DNA of 64,000 nucleotides from Reclinomonas americana ATCC 50394. Its lineage: Eukaryota. Every line of letters begins with the position of its first letter. The stretch's first letter is position 1. The notes under the pieces were generated by a model. The model was not told where the DNA came from and did no database searches. It was given only the letters and a program-made list of their open reading frames with translations. This document shows positions 23,828-36,884 of the stretch, piece by piece. The DNA is taken from positions 178,628 to 242,627 of the forward strand of contig PS015061.1 of NCBI GenBank assembly GCA_048213135.1, in the 5' to 3' direction. The position numbers were made by a program, and so were the translations under genes.

Positions 23828-26800
23828 CACACAGAGGAGGAAGTTGTTGCAGATGCAGGAGGTAAAGAGACGAACGACATGGATGACGATAGGAACGGAG
23901 GGACACGAGATAGAGAGGGACAAGTAGAAACAGGAGGCGAGTGACAAGGGCAGTGACGATAGGAACGGAGGGACACGAGATAGAGAGGGACAAGTAGAAA
24001 CAGGAGAATCAAAGAGGCGAGCGACGACGGCAGCGACGATAGGAACGGAGGGACACGAGATGGAGAGGGACAAGTAGAAACAGGAGAATCAAAGAGGCGA
24101 GCGACGACGGCAGCGACGATAGGAACGGAGGGACACGAGATGAAGAGGGACAAGTACACATAGGAGGAAGTTGCAGATGCAAAACTGAAGTAACGAGGAG
24201 AGCGACGAGGGCAGTGGCGAAAAGAAAGGAGGGACACGAGAGAGTTAGAAAGCAATCGTGCGAGACAATCTTCCTAAGCTTCGCCTCACTAAACTCTGCC
24301 TCGTCGTCGCAACCAATCACCTCTTACCCGCTTTCTTTCTCTCTTTCTCATGTCAAGCTGCACGTTGTGCACTCCTACACGCAACAATAGTCGCCAACTT
24401 CTTCATACTCCTGCATTATCGTCTACTTTCCCTCTTTCTTACTCTCCTGTCCATTTATCCTCCTTCTTCTGGCACCCTCTCGCTTTCCATTCTCCTGGCC
24501 TCTCTTCCTCACTTTCTTCATTTCCCTTTTCTGTACGCACCCTCTCGCTTCACTCTCTTCTGTGCCCCCACCGATTTCTACCTCCCTCCTTCACACCCAC
24601 ATGTCTCCCAACTCTTTCCTGCTATTCATCCTCCTCCTTTGCTCTTCTTCTCTTACCCCCTTCCCCTCTCTTCTCCTCCCCTTCCCCTCCCCTCTCTTCT
24701 CCCCTCTCCCCCTCCCCCTCCATTCCCTTCCTCTCCTTCCCCTTCCCCTTCTCCCCCTTCCCCTCTTCTCCCCCTTCCCGTTCCACTTACATGCTTGTCA
24801 ATGGTGAACACGCTCACTGGATAGTTGGAGGTCATGGACAGAAAGCGATACACATCGCTAAACGCCAACCGCACGTGCTCGTCACCCGGACGCACCGTGG
24901 CCCGCACGCACTCCACGCACGACAGGTAGACATCGACGGGCACCTCCCCCGCGGCCGCGCGACGCACATTGAGGGCCTTGAGTACGCCGGAGAACACCGC
25001 GCGACTCTGCTCCGGCAGACTCATGCCACTCCACAACAACTCGCCCTCCGCATCGGGCCGATCGTACAGGATCTCGTCAAACTTGTACGGCAGACCCATG
25101 TGCTCGTCTACCGCCGCCTTCCACTTGCCAACCACCTCGCGCACGGCCTCCTCCATGGCGTTGCCGGGCGGCGGCACGGTCGACAGTGGGATGCACGGGT
25201 AGCCGCGGTCGGTGTTGGGCACCACCCGCCCGTCGGCACGCACCACCAGCTCGAGCACGCCGAGGTACTCGGTGTCGGCATCGCATTGCACAATCGTCAC
25301 TCCGTTGGCGCGCTTGGCGTACTTGTGGTGCGTGTGGCTGGCCAGAATCACGTCGACGGCACCGTGCGGAAGCATGTTGGCCAGTCCGACGTCCTCCGGC
25401 GAGCCTCCGTGGTACACCACAATCACCACGTCGCAGTCGTGCGGGTGCGAGCGCATGCGACGAGCCGTGGCCTCGACCACCGCCGCCTGCTCTTGCAGGT
25501 TGCGCCTAGATTGGCAGTCAGTGGGCGGAAGAGGAGAAGGGAGCGAGAGAGAGAGAGAGGAGGGCGCGAGATGACAACGAACCGCAATGACTGCTCGTCG
25601 AAACCGACAAAGCGCAGACCGGCGCGCGACGAGTACGACAACTCAAGCGCATCGGGTCCCATCAACGCCGTGACGCCAACCCGCAACGCCCGCCCATCTG
25701 CACCACTCGGCATCTCCTTGACGATGAATGGGCGAATGGACACCGTTGGTTCCTCCGCCGCCGCCGCAGCTGCACTGGTCACACGCGGCTCGTCCACCCA
25801 GAATTCGTGATGCAGCTCGGCCCACGCGTCCGTCGGAACAATGTTGGCACACAGCAGCGTCACATCGAGCTTCAGATCGCGCGCCTTGCGCAGCATACGC
25901 AACAGCCCCGCCGTTCCTGCAATCCTATGAGCGAGAGCAGACGACGTAATCGGAAATTCTCCGTCACTCACCGGCGTCGAACTCGTGGTTGCCGAGCGAC
26001 AGCGCATCGTACGCCATCATGTGCGCGAACTCGAACTCAGGAGCACTGCAATGCACAGCGTCAGTACTCCACCAGCAAGCTTGACAAGGGCGACAACGCA
26101 ACAATCGCGTGACAGGCGACGGTCCCAGCACATCAAACAACCTGCATGCATCAATGAGAATCTCACCAAGAGAGAGAAAGAGAGAGACTAGGACACCACG
26201 CAACGAGCCACTGAAGAAGTCGCCAGCGTCAAGCAACATGGTCTGCAGTGAGAGACACATGTACACAGTGAGCAGAATGAGGAGACAACTCGAGCTCATT
26301 GCTCCTTCCTGCTCCTCCCCCTCGCTCTTCTTCTTCATCTTCTTCTTCTTCTTCTTCTTCTCATGAGAGACAGTGAGCAAGAGTGAGGAAACAACTCGAG
26401 CTCATAGCTCTTGCTCATGCTCCTCCTGCTCCTTCTTCTTCTTCTCAAGAGAGACAGTGAGCAAGAGTGAGGAGACAATCCTCCTCTTCTTCTTCTTCCT
26501 CTCATGCGAGACAGTGAACAAGAGTGAGGAAACAACTCGAGCTCATTGCTCCTTCCTGCCCCTCCTCCTCGTCCTCCTGCTCATGCGCCTCCTTCTCCTC
26601 CTCCTCGCTCTCTCTCTTCTTCTCTCTCTTCTTCTTCTTCTTCTACTTCTTCTCATGAGAGACAGTGAGCAGACAATTCGAGCACACTGCTCCTCCTCCT
26701 CCTCCTCCTTCTGCTCCTCCTGCTCCTTCTCCTCCTCCTCCTCCTCCTTCTGCTCCTCCTCCTCCTCACCGGCTCATCATGCTCCAGCTTCTGATCGCGC

Positions 26801-26983
26801 ACCGCTTGCACTGCAGCTGCCAATCGCGCAAACCCACCTTTCCTCTGCTCCACTTGCGTGTCAAACGCGCAACATCCCTCCACTGCACTGTGCACATCCG
26901 ACGTCCACATGACAGTCACATGACGATTCCCTCGCGCACCGTGCTGCAAAGACGCGCGTGCATGTGCGTGAGAGACAGAAGTG

Positions 26984-27019
<36 letters not shown>

Positions 27020-27183
27020 TGCGCAACAAACTGCTCAGAGGCAAAGGTCGCGCGCCACGCTTGCTCTGTCAGCATGCCACCCTGTCGCGGATCACTCAGT
27101 TGTCGCGAGGCCGACCACGCAAGTCCGAGTATGACAGACACAAGTGCGACAAGCACCATGGCCAGCACAGATGCCCATCGCAT
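23295..27183 (-). CDS. 5'-nucleotidase/apyrase-like metallophosphoesterase (UshA/CD73 family) with N-terminal signal or anchor; about 9 exons
   Basis: WTSDVHS, GGFARL, LLDAGDFFSGSLF, YDALSLGNHEFDAG, LLCANI, VDVILASHTH, YLGVLEL. Confidence 0.88.
23885..24240. repeat. Intronic minisatellite, 70-80 nt unit, 4 good copies plus 1 degenerate
   Basis: gacgataggaacggagggacacgagat..agagggacaagta starts at 23885, 23955, 24035, 24115. Confidence 0.9.
26262..26690. repeat. Intronic array of about 5 conserved 35-45 nt blocks separated by variable-length (CTT/CTC)n spacers
   Basis: gagacagtgagcaagagtgaggaaacaactcgagctcat-like blocks near 26262, 26366, 26451, 26508, 26659. Confidence 0.8.
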
Positions 27184-27663
27184 TGTGAGAAAGAAACGAA
27201 AGTCAAGAGCAATTTTCGACGTGTCCTCTGTCTTGCGAGGCCGTGCTTGCTTGCTTGCGTATAATGACGAGATGCGTGCGTGGCAGCTGTGCAGAAACGC
27301 GCGCTTATATAAAGTGCATTTGCCTTGCCTTTTTCGTGATATCCATCGACGTCGCGACGTTGATATCACGGCACTCAACGCAGTTCGCTGGGTGGGTTGT
27401 GCTGGCGACCATACAGTGCATCACGCTCACCACGTGTAGGCCTGTTTTCGCGAGCTGCTTGCATTCTCGCCGCTTCGCAGCCGCAACTTCCGACGTCGAC
27501 GTCGCGATCATGCAATTGCAATCCACAACGACGCCGCTCCTTTGCTGCCACCCTCTGCTGCGCAACCACCACATGCATACACACCACGCACACTCGCTGT
27601 TCACGCGCCTCCAAGCATTGATGTCCTGCGAATACCTCCCACACAACAACCTGACGCGCATCC

Positions 27664-30600
27664 ATGAAGCGCGCGCCACACCTGCTGCTGCTCCTGCTTG
27701 CGGTGTTGGCGCTGCTGCTGGCAGTGGTCATTGTCGACGTACACAGTGTCACTTCCTCCACTGTGCGCGTCGAGTACGACTTCCCGGCCGAAGTGCAGTT
27801 CGACTCTGATGATGACGCAGTTGCAAATGAGGATTCTCCACACGCGATGATTGCCACGGCAATGGGAGGCGGACACAGTCCACTGGTTCCGTCATTGTGG
27901 GAGGAGGTAATGGCGGTGGAGGAGGAGCGAGTGCGGACGGCATTACGTCGTTCCACTTGTGATGCGCTCTTCTCCAACATTACCGTGTGCGCGCCCGCCG
28001 GCACCAAGGTCACCACTGTCACACCAACATGGTGCGCGCGCACTCTGTCTCTCTCTATGCGCGCGTGCGTGTCATGCCACGCTCATTGTGTCATGTAGGT
28101 GTCGGAATGGCAATCCATTTGCTGCCGCTCCGCAGCTGTTCTCTGATCGCGCCAACTTCCCCAATCCGCACGTGTTCTGTGGCGCGCAGACGAGCAGGCA
28201 GCGGTGGCGTGCCAAGCTGGATGGGCAGGATGATCAGTGGTGGCGGTGGACGCATGAGCGGCCACTGGATCCGGAGGATGAGGCGTTGTTTGGTAAGCAG
28301 CAGGAGTGGCAGCCGGATGGGAGATCGGATCCGCCCAATGATAAACGACTGTGGGAGCCGTGTGAGAGTGTCACGGGCACGGATTCGTGCGAGGTGACAG
28401 TGAATGGGAGTGTGCGGAGGGTGGCGGGCTTTGGATTTCTCGATGGCACCTACGCGCTGGTCGACATGAACACGGAGCAGGTTGGTCTCTCTCTCTGTCA
28501 CTCTCTGTATGTGTGTTCACTCAGGTGCCTTGCTGCCTCTCCCCTCTCCTTCATTGTGTGTTCATTCGCCCGTCTTGCAAGGAGCAGTTCATCGTCCGTG
28601 CATATATATCTCTCCCTCTCGATCCCCTTCCTCCCTCTCCCTTTCTTGCCCTTCCTCCCTGTCCCTTTTTCTCCCTCTTTCCCCTTGATGTTCATTCAGC
28701 CGTCTTGCTTTCGCTCACGTGGGACTGGTCATCGCCCATGCCTTACTCTGTCTCTTTCTCGCTTGCCCTTGCTCCCTCCCCTCTACCTCTCTTGCCCTCC
28801 CTCCCTTCCCTTCCTCCCCCCTTCCCCTTCATTTCCTCATTCTCCCTTTGCCATCTCCGTCCCCTTTCTACCTCCATTCACCCTTTGATTGTCGTCGCAG
28901 TTCATCGCCCGCGGCCCATCACAAGTAGGCCCACTGTTCTACTTTGGTGCCGGCACCGTGATCCCCTCCGGCCCCCTGCCGCACGGTCAAACCGAGCCCA
29001 CCAAGTACGGCTACTTGGTCGGCGGCGGTCCGCAGTGGCTCGGCATTGCGGCAATTGTGCCGGATCCCAACAATCCACCCACATTCCTCAACTTTGAGGG
29101 AGTGTCCTCACGTTGCGTCCTCCTCCTCCTCCTCCCCGTCATTCTCGCGCCGCACACTCTCACTCTCACTCTCCCGCAGATCACTGGACGGACGACACCG
29201 AGGTCGTGGGCTCTGTGACGCGCTCCAAGCTGCAAGTGGACACATTCATCACGGGCACGCTGATTCGCCAAAACTCGCTGCGCGATCCGTCGCGGTACAC
29301 GTTGCAGTGGAGTCGCTTCCCCTACTGGAACAAGGACACCATGAACAGTGACGCAGAGCTGTTTTGGTACAACTGGAAGTTGCTGTGGCCTCCTGCAAAA
29401 CACTTGTTCCAAAAATCGCCGCTCAATCCCTCTCTCCCTTCCCTCCCCTCCACAAAGGCTGCACTTCGAGGTGCCCCTGGAGGGCACACCGACCATCCGC
29501 ATGGCCTCGCAGCACGTCAACATCACCTCGTACTCGTTCTTCCAGGTGGCAGCCGACTACAAGCAAGACATGGTTGTGCTGTACGACACGCACCGACTGT
29601 ACCTGTTTGGCTTTTACAACGGTGTGTGCTCCTCACTTTTCCACATGAAGTCCTCCCTCCGTCACCTCAATTATCTCGTGTCGCGCAGGCACCGCCGGCG
29701 AGTCGCTGCCGGTCAACGTCGCCAGCAACAGCACGGCGCTCTTTTACGAGGCACCATCCGACGCTGTCATCCTCTCCGTGTCTGTATTTTCCGAGCGCGC
29801 TCCACGTATCGATCCGCAAGTGTGGGACCACAGCGGACTGTGTCCGAAAAAGATCTTCATATCGCCCAGTGAGATCATGTGGGCGGCCATTGCGCTGGAG
29901 AGGCACAGCGCAGGCATTGTGCTGTGGGAGCTGCAGTTTGTGTCGCTGCCAGAGTTTGCCGAGCTGGATGATGTCTACCCGGAGGACCCCAGAGTCATTC
30001 TCGATCCAGCCGGAAGGTTGCGAAGCATGTGGCCTTTGCGTGTGAGGCCATCGCAGTCATTGATCTCACTCTTCACTGGCAGGTCCAAGCATCGCTGTCC
30101 GTCGCTGATGCAGTTTTGGGACACGGTGACTGGGCGGTGCGAGCAACGAGAGACATTCGTTGAGCCACTCGCAAACAAGGTACGCATATGCCCGCCTTTG
30201 CTTTGCAAACGTCTTCTAAAACCTTCACTTCGCCACCCAGCCATCCGACGTCCAAGTGCGCTACAAGGAGGCGCCATCACCATTCTCGGCCTACTTCAAC
30301 AAGCTGAATGTGTTGTCGCTAAACACCTCGTGCGACCCATTCATCACCATTCCCGTGGCCTACAACACGTGCATGGCGGCACTGAAGGACATCAAGCACG
30401 ACATTGAGATCGGCAAGGAGTGCCTCGGCCAGACGTTCTTCCCGAAGAGCTGGCTCTTTGGACCGTATGCTACGGAGACCATTCGCACAGTTGAGTGTTG
30501 CATAAAAATGACTGTGGTTCGGGGGGCGGCGTGTCTCGGGGGCTGACACCATTGTTGTGTGCGCAGATCACGTCACAATATCTGTTCAACTCGGTGTTTG

Positions 30601-32787
30601 TGGCCGTGGGCCAGTCGGTGCAGATCTTTGCGCTGCAGCCACAATGGGTGCGTTGTTCTCAATTCATTTCCTTTCCAGCTTCTGTGTATTGCCCACTGTT
30701 CTTGTGCGTGCGACAGTGTTCACGATTCGGCACAACCCTGTACAACATGAACAAGATTGTTGCGCATGTCGCAGTGTCCTCTCGCTCTTGCCCTTCCTCA
30801 CTCTTCTCCTCCGCCCGCAGGACTATCTTGGTGAAGTCCGGTCGCTGGCCCCAACTGACAACTCACAGCATCTGATTGTGACGATTACGCGACGTCGGTG
30901 GGAGCTGCAGACGATTACTAGGTACGTAGCGCCATGCGTATTGACAACTGCCCCATGCACACGCCTCCTCATTCAACGTGTGCAGATTCCTGGATATCTG
31001 CAATCAGTTGCACAACAACACCAAGCCGGATTCACCCACGCAGAAATTCCTCGGTTTCTACGAGCAAATGTGCGACGCCTTTCCTGCCAGGTTTGTGCAC
31101 ATGCTGCGACTGCATTACATTGGCTTTGGTATTCACACTGGGAGCGTGCGGCAGAGAGCTGCAGTTTACGGATTTCGTGCAGTACTCGAGTCTGTGTCCG
31201 CAGGGAGCGTACTGCCCGAGTGTGTTTGATCAAGTTGCGCCATGGCCTGCGTATCCTTCTGCATTCAGATGTGTTCCTAACATGATGTGTTGCCGCACAC
31301 ACACAGGAGATCGCACCAGTACCGCTCGGACAGTACACTCTTCGCCCCATCGCCAAGGTCCTTTTTGCTCTCTCCGCTGTGTCTTGACTCGCCTGCCACT
31401 CAACTGTGCTGTGTTGTGCCTCCAGTTTGACTGCCCTGCTGGCAAGATCTGCCCCAACGGAATTCAACAAGCCTGTCCGTACGGCTTCATGTGCCCAGGT
31501 GAGATCTCGTGCAAGTCGCGCCAATCACGCACGCCCAGTCCACTCACATTTCCCACGCGGCATCGCAGACACGAAGATGCTGTACCCGACCAGCTGCTCG
31601 CTGAACCCGTACTACAACACCACGTGCTTCTCGTCGGGACTGACGGAGCCTATGGAGTGCCCCGCTGGCAGCATCTGCATCGTGGAAGGATGGCCGGGCT
31701 TCCCGGCACCGAACGGCACTTACGTTCATGAATCGGGGTCTGTGTGTTCGTGCAGACAAGGTCATCCTCTGCTCCCTTCTGCTGACTGCCACGATAGGCC
31801 GCGCACGGAGATTTTCGACTGCCAGCCTGGTGACTGGTGTGCACTGGGTCGGTCAGCCATGCCGAATGCCACTGAAGTACTCGAGGTTGGTCGTAAAGTG
31901 CGTGTGGCGATCAGTCACGATAGTGTGCTCACTCTTTTCTGGGGGGTGGCGCAGTGCCCGGCGTATTTCTATGCCGAAGACCCCTCCGTGCTGCTTCCCA
32001 CCCAGTGCAACTGCACATCCGACGGCTGCTTCTTCTGCCCCGCTGGCACCTACGAGCCGCGATTGTGTCCTGCAGGTGGGCGATAAGGAAAGGCATGAAT
32101 GCATTCGGTTTCAAATGCATGCTCACCGCGATTTGTTGTGGCAGGCTCCTACTGCTCCGACCCGGATCACATTCAACTGTGCACATACCGTTGAGCTCCG
32201 GCCCCGTGCTTCATGTTTCTGCTCCATTGCTCACTCACCCCTTGACAGCGGACTACTGTCCAAACGGCACCGTCATTCCATCTGTGTGTCCAGCTGGTGA
32301 GTGTGGATGAGTACCGTGTGTTGGCGGTGGGTGAAGGTTGACCGACACTGTGTGTGCTTCCGCAGGCTGGTACTGTCCGACTCCGGCAGAACGCATCGTC
32401 TGCCCGAAAGGGTACTTTGTCAGTGTGCATCGTCAAGCTACGTTGCCACTCCTCACATATGTATGTCCGTGCAGATCGTACTGCAAGTCTGGATCGCTTG
32501 CTCCATCCCGTTGCGTTTCACTCTGCGAGATTCCCGGTGCTGCATCGGACTGCTCAACTACTATTCTGACATAGGTTGCCCGAGCTTGGCGCTGTGTCCA
32601 CAAGGCGCTTCGGTGAGTGTGCATGGCTTCTTACTGCTGTTGCTACTACACCGCAGATCTAACACGGTGTGGTGTGGTACAGTCGCCATCCGTGTCGGTG
32701 CTGGGACTCGTGTTGGACTTTGTCATGTTTGCCGGTGTGTGATTTGGGCACTTTGTGCGCCTGTTATCTTTCATTGAATAACCTGGC

Positions 32788-32859
<72 letters not shown>

Positions 32860-35800
32860 CAATCAGTGATTATCGTGTTCTGGCGTATCTACGTGTGCAT
32901 CACTGGAAGGTTTGTCGTTGTCGAAGATTTGTAGTGGAATGGCAGGGGCCTGAGCGTTTCGTGCAGGGCGGAGAAATATAAGAAGCAGTGTGCCCAATGG
33001 TTGCGCAATGGCGAGTTGCGCCTGGAGCCCATCGAGGTCGACGACCATGCGGAATCGGAAGAGCTGCCAGTTTCGCTCGCTGTGCTGGCGAGTGTGGTGG
33101 CCGTGCCTGTTGATCTCACCGTCGATTGCGCCACAGTTGATTCGTCGTCGAGATGAGGATAGTGCTGGCGGCGGGTTCTTCATCGACCTCAGGTTCATAC
33201 ATTGCTGTCGTGCTTCAGCGTTCAGTATACGCTTTACTGACTCTCCTGCTCCGCAGTTTTGACAACCTCGGATTGCAACTGAAGAGCGGCGCCCGCACGG
33301 TGGTTCTCGCTGGCGTCACTGGCTTTATCGATCACGGCACGATCTGCGCAGTCATGGGACCCAGGTGCGTGTGTGTGCATGTGCTTGTTGAGCTGAGCGT
33401 TGAGCAAAGTTTCTCACGACGATACGGGACGATGCAGTGGTGCCGGCAAGGTGGATGAATTCTTATCGTGTTGCTGTCGCTCAATCACATCGACTCACTC
33501 TGTTTTCATCGCTCAGACCACATTCCTGTCGACGCTCTCCGGCAAGGCCTCGTACGGCACGCAGACGGGGCGCATCTTTATCAATGGAAACGAGGACACG
33601 ATTGAGCGATATCGCAAGGTGTGTCGATGCACAACTATGCGACGTGTTCGCCCGCCGCTTACATTCTCCGTGGCGCGCGACAGGTGGTGGGCTTTGTGCC
33701 GCAAGAGGATATTATGCACCGTGATATGAGTGTGGAAGAGACGTTGCAGTTCCATGCTCGCATGCGTCTGCCGTCCAGCATGACAGAGAAGGACATTGAT
33801 GCAAGGTTTGTATCGGCTTTGTGTACGTCGCGGTGCGTGATCTCAACATTCAATATTCTTCAACGCAGAGTGGATCGCACACTAGAAATTCTCGGCCTCT
33901 CAGAAGTGCGACATTCGCTCATTGGGTGCGTCGTGGTGGGGTTGATGGTGACGGGACGCATTGTTTCTCACCTTTCGATCTGCATGCAGCGACGAAACGC
34001 GACGTGGAATCTCTGGAGGTCTGTTGTGTGATACGTAGTCTCTCACTCTCGCACATCGCCTCACTCACATTCGCACACGCAGGTCAACGCAAGCGAGTCA
34101 ACATTGGCATGGTGAGCAGTGCTCTTTGTGTGTCGTGGCCCTCGCGCGCTGCCTGTCGCTGACCGATCCACGCGCAGGAACTCATCTCTGACTGCAAGCT
34201 GCTGTTCCTCGATGAGGTATGATCAGTTTTCGATTGTCACGCCTTCTCTCTCCATTCATTCACTCATCCGGTGAAATCTCGTCACAGCCAACGTCCGGCC
34301 TCGACTCGCGCTCGTCAATGGAGGTGCGTGCTTCTCGCTTGATCATATTGCGCGCGCGCCGATTGTCTTCTCACCATCGATCCGCAAGGCTTGCGAGGCT
34401 CTGCAACGAGTCGCCGCGCAGGGTGTCACTGTGATTGCTGTCATTCACCAGCCGCGGTACGAGATTTTCCGCATGTTCAATCGTGTGCTGCTGCTCGGCA
34501 AGGGCGGTCGCACAGTGTACCTCGGTCCCAGTGAGCGAGCGCTCGAGTACTTTGCGGTGAGTGTGCGCGCGCGCACATGTTGATACTTTTGCTGTGTTCT
34601 CATTCTCCATTTCGACAGAGCATCGGCTACGATTGCCCACCACTGTGCGCATACACCACTTTCTCCGCATGCTATTTCCAATCTGACTTCCCATTTTCTG
34701 GTGCTGTGCAGTGTTAATCCGCCCGACTTCTTCATGGACGTCATTGCTGGTGAAGTGCAACGAAAGGGCACGCTGCCTGGCACTCCTCCGCCCGACTTTT
34801 TCGCATTGTGGGAGGAGTACGGTCATGCGTACGAGGGTCGCGCACCAGCAGGTGTGTGTGTTGTGTGCTCTTGTTCTCGTTGACCGACAGACAGTCTCAC
34901 TCACCAATTGTCGTTCTCGATGCAGCGGTGATGCCCTTGTCCAGCCACGCGCTACCGCACTCGGAGGGCAGTCAGTCTACGAATGCTCGTGATCGAGAGG
35001 TTTCGTTGCTCTCTCTCTCTCTCTCTCTCTCTCTTGCATCCCGCACTCGAGAAAGGACCAGTGCTCACTGTCTTTGCGCTTTGGCAGGGCCCTCCGCCGT
35101 TCGTGCAACGCAAGACACCCGGATTCTTCTTCCAGATGGTCACATTCCTGTCGCGCTCTGTCGTGCAGCAGACTCGCGACCTTGCCGCTCTCGGTGTCGA
35201 TTTCGGTCTGGTGTTTATGGGCGGTCTGTTCCTCGGCTTGGTGTTCCAGGGCATCACATACGAAGGTGCCGCAGCTGATATTCACCCTATCTTGTGCCAC
35301 CTGTACTCTCCCACCTCACGTGCGCTGGCAACCCACAGGTCCACCACCAGCGCTGGCCGCCGATCAGTGTCCCAGCGGACTGCAGCAGATCCTAAAGCGA
35401 CCCATCAACGATCCAATCCCCACCATGGCCTCGCTGACCTGTTTAAGTGTGTCACTGGTGCGTGCCTCGGGAGTCGACCGTCTGCTCCTTCACAGGGAGC
35501 ATGTGTGACCAACAAGAATTGCTGCTGTTGCAGGTGGCTGTGGCGGCTGCGCTTCGAGTCTTTGGCACGGAAAAAGTAGTGTTCTGGCGCGAGAGTGCCA
35601 GCGGTCTGTCGGAGACGGCATACTTTATGGGTTCGTCTGCCCGCAGTGTTGCTCTTGTAGCTCCCCACTCACTTGTGCCTCTTGCTGTTGCAGGCAAGAA
35701 TGTCGCGTACCTGCCGCACACGTTCCTGTCACCGTTCATCTTCCTGGCGGTGTTCTACACCATGGTCAGCCCCACCGGCAGTGTCGTGCGCTTCTACACT

Positions 35801-36415
35801 GCCATTCTGCTGGTGATTGACAAGAGTTGCTCATGAGCATGTCGGCTTGCGCAACAACTGACACGCTCTGCAGGTCGACTTTGCGGCTGTTGGTCTCGCC
35901 TTTTTCGTGTCGATTCTCACGCCACCAAACTTGGCACAACTGGCCGGTGTGCTGGCCACACTCATGTGTGCCATGATTTCCGGAGCGTATCCTTTTTTTT
36001 TCGTTGTTATTCTTGTGCAGCCGTCGGCATCTTTCGTCGTTGTCTGGACTCCATAACTCGCCACTTCTGTGCACAGTTTCCCGACCATCAAGATGCTCGG
36101 CGACATGTTCTTCCCCATGAATATTGCGCCAAACTTTTCGTTCCTGCGCTGGTCACAGGAGGCCTATTACTTGATCGAGATTGTCGGCTGGTGCGTATAT
36201 CCTCGTGCAGTTGCAGGCGTGTGGGCGAGCAAGGATTCTCACCCCGCGAGCAACGCAGGCAAGACGTGTACGACACGAGCCAGGGCATCTCCGACATGGG
36301 CTACAACTTGGACAACTACGCTCTCGATCTCGGCATGACACTGGCCTTTGGAGTCATCTTCCGCCTGGCAGCCTACGTCACCCTCCTGCTCAAGGACCGC
36401 GACAAGCGACGATAA
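27664..36415 (+). CDS. ABCG (White/ADP1-like) half transporter with signal peptide, very large N-terminal ectodomain and Cys-rich CPxGxYCP repeats; about 40 exons
   Basis: Spliced Walker A MGPSGAGKTT, Q-loop VGFVPQED, signature ISGGQRKRV, Walker B LLFLDEPTSGLDS, H-loop VIHQPR, NPPDFFMD, FWRESASG, FLRWSQEA; repeats CPQGAYCP, CPAGSYCS, CPAGWYCP, CPKGSYCK. Confidence 0.92.
32789..32856. repeat. (TG)n microsatellite in an ABCG intron
   Basis: Uninterrupted tg run of about 34 units. Confidence 0.95.
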
Positions 36416-36884
36416 GAGCCCTCACACCCTGTTCGTAATAAAAATGAGAAAAAAGTTTAGTGAATGAGACAGTGACGGACAGTGCTCGCGCGTGTTCCCG
36501 CAACTGTGCACTTCTATGGACTTTTTTGGTGCGTTTGCCACACGACTCAAAAGTGTCTCTTCTCTGCTCACTTTACACGCACGTTGCACCAGATGCCTCC
36601 AACAGCTCCGACATTCCACACGTTCTGGCCACTCCACCATTCCTCGACGACCGTGAGTTGTCGCACACGCACACAACACACACTCTCTCTCACTTTCATG
36701 TGTGTGTGCGTCAGACAACGTCCCGCGCTCTGGCTACAACCACCATCAGCCTTTGTGTGACACGGCGGCCTCACTCAACGCCGCCTGTCTGCGTCGTCGC
36801 ACCACTCTGACGACGCCCACTCCTGTGCTGCGCCGCTCACACTTGCCAGTGACCAGGTCGCCTGCGTTGCGCGGCACACGGACC

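Noticed and set aside
24245-24330. Coding-looking stretch (VIGCDDEAEFSEAKLRKIVSH) inside a nucleotidase intron
   Set aside because: No pyrimidine-rich acceptor, and the flanking exons join in frame without it
26262-26690. CRISPR-like repeat-spacer appearance
   Set aside because: Spacers are low-complexity and variable in length, repeats are degenerate, there are no cas genes, and it lies in a eukaryotic intron
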